Shown piece after piece: positions 33,296 through 37,221 of a stretch of 37,221 bases of DNA. This stretch comes from a virus. Taxonomy: Duplodnaviria > Caudoviricetes. Below the pieces are notes generated by a model, which did not search any database, had not been told where the DNA came from, and saw only the letters and a list, made by a program, of their open reading frames with translations. Position 1 is the stretch's first letter. Every line of letters begins with the position of its first letter. The stretch is from IMG/VR virus record IMGVR_UViG_3300049924_000369, positions 1 to 37,221 of that record, one strand, 5' to 3'. The translations under genes and the position numbers were made by a program.

Positions 33296-34996
33296 GTGGC
33301 GAGCAAAAAATCAGCATTAACTCCAATCACTCAGCCCGACAGCAAGTGGGTTCAACCGCTGTGCGACGAGCGTGGTGCTCAGTGGGTTGTAATGGCTGAC
33401 GCAGACGGCAATCCAATAACAACGTTTGCTGGTGGCGGAGGAGACGGAGCCATAGTTGACGGAGTTAGTTCCTCAATAAAGGCCACTGTCCATGACTATA
33501 CCAACAGCAATCCACTTGCCGTCACGCTGAAAGATACAAATGGAGATGCTGTATCTATTGGAGGGGGAACTCAATACACCGAAGATTCAGTAGCTGTAGC
33601 TAATCCGGTTGGCACAGCACTAGCGGCCCGCCGTCGTGACACGTTGGCAGGTGAGACAAGTGCTGATGGAGACGTAGTCATCGTAAACGCCACCGACAAA
33701 GGCGAATTGTATGTAAAACATGTAGACACCGTGCTAGTCAGTGCGACACAACTACCTAACGCACTGACTGGCGGAAATTTGTCAGTCCACGTTGCCTCAG
33801 TCGGCACCGTCCAACCAGTTAGCGACAACGGAGCTTCGCTGACTATTGATGGAACTGTTGCTGCGACACAGTCTGGTATTTGGAATGTAGTCGCAGATGG
33901 GGCTATTCTTGATGGTGTGTCATCTTCCATCAAGGCTACTGTTCTAGACTATGCAAATAGCAACCCGCTTGCCGTTCGCCTAACTGATACTAGTGGCGAT
34001 TACGTTGGAGCAGGTGGAGGTACTCAGTACACCGAAGATGGAGCTTCAGCCGCCGATCCAACTGGAACCCAACTTATTGCTCGTCGCCGAGACACGCCTG
34101 CATCAGAAACTACTACCGATGGCGACAATACTGCACTCAACTGCACCGCTAAGGGTGAGCTATACGTTAAGCAAATTGACACACAGCCCATTAGCGCCAC
34201 AGCTCTCCCACTACCAACTGGCGCAGCTTCTTCTACTAACCAAACCACCATAATAGGTCATCTTGATGGCGTCGAAGGATTACTCACAACCATTGACGCA
34301 GATACAGGAGCATTGGCTGGTTGTGTAGGTGGTACTGAGTTACAGGTTGACATTGTTGGTGCACTTCCTGCCGGAACGAACAACATAGGCGACGTTGACA
34401 TTCTGTCTCTTCCTAACGAAGGGCAGCAGTCGATGGCTAATAGTATAAGTGTTGCTGTAGCTAGTGACCAATCTGCAATACCTGTGAGTGGAAATGTTGC
34501 CCACGACGCTATCGATAGTGGAAATCCACATAAGATAGGCTACAAAGCTATCGCCCATGGTGCCAATCCTACCGCAGTTGCAGCCGCCGACCGAACAGAC
34601 GCCTACAGCAACAGACACGGAATCCCATTTGTCCTTGGAGGTCACCCTAACGTCATCACCCTCGAAGCTGCTTACACAGGTGCACAAACTGACACAGCCA
34701 TTGTCAGCGTTGCTGGTGGAGCAAAGATCATTGTTACTCAGATTCAAATGACTGCTGACAATGCCAACACAGTTGATGTTGGATTCAGGGTGGGCTTTGG
34801 TGCTACTAACACTCCCACAACTACAGGAGTTGTCCTTACTCATCCTGGCGTCGCCCCCGGAAGTGGTATAAGTAGAGGAGATGGGTCAGGAATTTTAGGT
34901 GTTGGTGGTGATGGAGAAGATTTGAGAGTCACGTCTGAAGTTCCAACAACCGGAAGCATTAGAATTTTAGTCACATATTTCACAATAGAAAGCTAA
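33296..34996 (+). CDS. Putative fibre/structural protein with an internal duplication of about 96 aa
   Basis: AGGAGA SD before GTG 33296; GGGTQYTED...KGELYVK occurs twice; LPLPTGAASS and LPAGTNNIGDVD fibre-like motifs; no signal peptide. Confidence 0.7.
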   Translation: MASKKSALTPITQPDSKWVQPLCDERGAQWVVMADADGNPITTFAGGGGDGAIVDGVSSSIKATVHDYTNSNPLAVTLKDTNGDAVSIGGGTQYTEDSVAVANPVGTALAARRRDTLAGETSADGDVVIVNATDKGELYVKHVDTVLVSATQLPNALTGGNLSVHVASVGTVQPVSDNGASLTIDGTVAATQSGIWNVVADGAILDGVSSSIKATVLDYANSNPLAVRLTDTSGDYVGAGGGTQYTEDGASAADPTGTQLIARRRDTPASETTTDGDNTALNCTAKGELYVKQIDTQPISATALPLPTGAASSTNQTTIIGHLDGVEGLLTTIDADTGALAGCVGGTELQVDIVGALPAGTNNIGDVDILSLPNEGQQSMANSISVAVASDQSAIPVSGNVAHDAIDSGNPHKIGYKAIAHGANPTAVAAADRTDAYSNRHGIPFVLGGHPNVITLEAAYTGAQTDTAIVSVAGGAKIIVTQIQMTADNANTVDVGFRVGFGATNTPTTTGVVLTHPGVAPGSGISRGDGSGILGVGGDGEDLRVTSEVPTTGSIRILVTYFTIES

Positions 34997-35012
34997 AACA
35001 TAGCGGCTACCG

Positions 35013-35726
35013 ATGGCACTAAACATCACTTATCGTGCATCAATATACAGCACAACTGCCGCTACATCTTATGCCACAACTAGCACCTACACGCCAGCAG
35101 CTAACTCGTTACTAATTGCGTTTGTAGTTGGATGTTCTACTTCGGTTGTAGATCCTAACGGTGCAACACCGTTCAGTGGACATGGCGCGTCATGGACTAA
35201 GCTAACACTATCTGCCAATGGTATCAGCACGACTCATGCCTTGTCAGTATGGGTAGCAAGTGCTGGGGCATCGCCATCAAGTGCTGCATGCACGGCAGCT
35301 TGGGGGACGAGTCGCACAGGTGGGGTAGTAATAGAGTTCGAGGTAATGGGATGGAATGGTGCTTCGGCAGCAGCAGCAATTATCCAGAATCCAACAAACA
35401 CCGGTACTGCTACTAGTGGTAGTGTGACGCTTAATAGTGCAGCGAAACAGCAGAATAGGCCGCTTTCATTTTTTGTACACTTGGCGAATGAAGCTACGAC
35501 GTTTCGTGCCAATTGGACAGAGACGGCTGGAGCAGATGGTAATTTCACTAGCCCAGCAACAGGAGCAGAGGCACAGTTTCGCTTGGATACATTTGAAACC
35601 ACAGCATCTGCCACTTGGACTACAAGTTCAGCATGGCGTGGAGTGGCACTCGAAGTATCCGCACTCCTTGTGTCAACAACGCTTAAAGACATGGTTGGTG
35701 GAGATATAATCGCAGTTAGGAGATAA
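35013..35726 (+). CDS. Putative tail-associated Thr/Ala/Ser-rich beta protein
   Basis: YTPAANSLLIAFVV...SVWVA pattern; position after a fibre gene. Confidence 0.6.
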   Translation: MALNITYRASIYSTTAATSYATTSTYTPAANSLLIAFVVGCSTSVVDPNGATPFSGHGASWTKLTLSANGISTTHALSVWVASAGASPSSAACTAAWGTSRTGGVVIEFEVMGWNGASAAAAIIQNPTNTGTATSGSVTLNSAAKQQNRPLSFFVHLANEATTFRANWTETAGADGNFTSPATGAEAQFRLDTFETTASATWTTSSAWRGVALEVSALLVSTTLKDMVGGDIIAVRR

Positions 35727-35727
35727 T

Positions 35728-35952
35728 ATGGTTGCCAAGCTCTTTTGGTTTATCACTCTGCACCTCTGCAAAGCGCAACTTGCAGAGCTAAGCGCCAAGT
35801 CCTATGAGTTGGGACTACAGGATGGAGTTAACTCGGCTTTGGTTAGCGACGAAAGTGTCGTCATTCCGGCCGAGACTTGGAGCGATATGAGCCGCTTGAA
35901 AGCGCAATTCACAAGCAGTATACTGCCGCTTGTGTGGATTGGGGAGAAGTAG
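35728..35952 (+). CDS. Hypothetical protein
   Basis: AGGAGA SD. Confidence 0.55.
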   Translation: MVAKLFWFITLHLCKAQLAELSAKSYELGLQDGVNSALVSDESVVIPAETWSDMSRLKAQFTSSILPLVWIGEK

Positions 35953-35954
35953 CG

Positions 35955-36548
35955 GTGGCAACTAAGAAACAACAACTGGACGGCCTCAAGCTTATCTGTC
36001 CCATTGCAGTGGAGCAGGAGCATCTGACTGGCCTTCCAGCTGAAATGATGGTGGCACAGTGGGCAGTTGAGTCTGATTGGGGTATCAGTCCAGTAGGCTT
36101 TGCTAATTACTTTGGTATCAAGTTCGTGCGGGGTTGGCACAAGTACAGCACTCTCCGTCCTACCACCGAATACTTCACTGCTGCCCAGTACTTTGCATGG
36201 CGGGCTAAGTTTCCAGGAAGGCAGTCCGAAGTTCTGGAACGAGTTGGTGTGGACAGACTAAAGGTTCGAATCCAAGAAGAATTTGCTGAGTACACTTCAC
36301 TCTTCGACTCTGCACAAGACTATGCCACTCTGATCACGAAAGGCTTTAGCACAGGGTGGCCTTACATGAAACCTTGGTTGGCATTTGTGGCAAGACAACG
36401 TGCTGATGTGGACACGTTGATAATGGAGGTTTGCAAAATCTATGCGACGAGTGCTTATGGAAAGTTGGCCGTCGAGATTAGCAAGCAAGCCAATGTCAGG
36501 GGCTGGTGCAAGGAAGCAAGAAAGGCAAGGAAGGAAACTCTTGTTTAG
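35955..36548 (+). CDS. Endolysin, GH73 (FlgJ-like glucosaminidase/muramidase)
   Basis: PAEMMVAQWAVESDWG (catalytic Glu), NYFGIK, TTEY, FAEYTS..DS..DY, YAT; GGGGAG SD before GTG 35955. Confidence 0.88.
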   Translation: MATKKQQLDGLKLICPIAVEQEHLTGLPAEMMVAQWAVESDWGISPVGFANYFGIKFVRGWHKYSTLRPTTEYFTAAQYFAWRAKFPGRQSEVLERVGVDRLKVRIQEEFAEYTSLFDSAQDYATLITKGFSTGWPYMKPWLAFVARQRADVDTLIMEVCKIYATSAYGKLAVEISKQANVRGWCKEARKARKETLV

Positions 36549-36558
36549 GTTACAAAAT

Positions 36559-36915
36559 ATGATACGATTAGTTATCGTTGCAACTGTGGTCGGGTTGGCG
36601 CTTTGGGTGTTGGCGGCTCGCGGCCAAAGTCAAGAGAAGCCGCTAGGTGACGCCGATCGGGTTCGGCTCCTGCAAGCCAAAGTAGCTTGGCTCGAAGAAG
36701 CCAACCGGGCTCTGAACGCGCGGGTAGCTTATTTTGAGGGCCTTGAGCGACTTGCGAAGCTTAAAGGAGCGTTCGATACGGAGGCTCAAGCCGTCCAAGC
36801 TAGCTACCCTGGCAGCGTCGTAGACCTTGTCAAGTTGACCGTCACCGAGGCCCCAAAGCCTCCTGAGGAGAAGAAACAAAATGCGAGCACTCCTGCTCCT
36901 ACTCCTGCTCAGTAG
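36559..36915 (+). CDS. N-terminal TM/signal plus coiled-coil protein (possible Rz-like i-spanin or exported protein)
   Basis: MIRLVIVATVVGLALWVLAARG|QSQ then a helical region; directly after the endolysin. Confidence 0.55.
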   Translation: MIRLVIVATVVGLALWVLAARGQSQEKPLGDADRVRLLQAKVAWLEEANRALNARVAYFEGLERLAKLKGAFDTEAQAVQASYPGSVVDLVKLTVTEAPKPPEEKKQNASTPAPTPAQ

Positions 36916-37221
36916 TTCTCTTCGAGCAGTTACCGTTAGCGGCACTGTCAACACTGCCCTTGGTACTCCTGCTACTGGCGACGTTGTCATAGAATGGCCA
37001 ACCTTCACTAGTGGTTCAACCCACATCCAGGCAGGGAGCACTGTCATTCGCTTAGTCAATGGCGCACTCAGCGTTAGCCTCTATCCTCTCAACTACTACA
37101 CTGTCACCTATCGCCTTACTTTGGCAGCGCCTACCAAAGTAGCGTGGGTGGTGCCTTCAAGTCCAAGTACCGTTACCATTCTAGATGTGCAGCAGGCTTT
37201 GCCTGGGGGTGGGGGTGGGGG
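36881..37221 (+). CDS. Signal-peptide-bearing fibre-like protein (partial, runs off the window)
   Basis: GAGGAG SD; MRALLLLLLLSSSLRA|VTVSGTVNTALGTPATGDVVIEWPTF...GALSVSLYP..YYTVTY...WVVP...GGGG. Confidence 0.7.
   Translation, partial: MRALLLLLLLSSSLRAVTVSGTVNTALGTPATGDVVIEWPTFTSGSTHIQAGSTVIRLVNGALSVSLYPLNYYTVTYRLTLAAPTKVAWVVPSSPSTVTILDVQQALPGGGGG

Noticed and set aside
35728-35952. Lipoprotein o-spanin
   Set aside because: LHLC is not a convincing lipobox and the hydrophobic stretch is short.
37205-37221. G-quadruplex-like G runs at the window end
   Set aside because: Explained by a poly-Gly linker in the 36881 ORF, like the Gly linkers in the other fibre genes.

Overview
A segment of a tailed dsDNA bacteriophage or prophage, probably podovirus-like; an Acidobacteriota host is suggested only by recalled protein families. 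There are three blocks. (i) 1-8565 (+): Gln/Gly/Ala-rich ejection (internal virion) proteins and a very large polyvalent protein that is split by a +1 frame change at about 6472. (ii) 24110 to 8562 (-): an apparently complete early/replication arm with several sigma70-type promoters, a leaderless ribbon-helix-helix regulator, many small ORFs, structured non-coding segments, a Cas4/RecB-like nuclease, a Sak4-like AAA ATPase, an SSB-like protein, a dATP/dGTP diphosphohydrolase, an HNH endonuclease, a uracil-DNA-glycosylase-fused family A DNA polymerase, a DUF3987 helicase-like ATPase and GroES, but no recognisable primase. (iii) 24376-37221 (+): small and large terminase, then a cluster of fibre-like or adhesin-like proteins with Sec-type signal peptides, membrane/lysis genes and a GH73 endolysin. 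Portal, capsid and tail-tube genes are not in the window. The most notable observations are the signal-peptide-bearing, Cys-paired tail-fibre-like late proteins; a tRNA mimic lacking an anticodon loop, set on a long stem; and a PolA with a substituted steric gate in a primase-less replication module. All family calls come from motif reading by eye, not from database searches.
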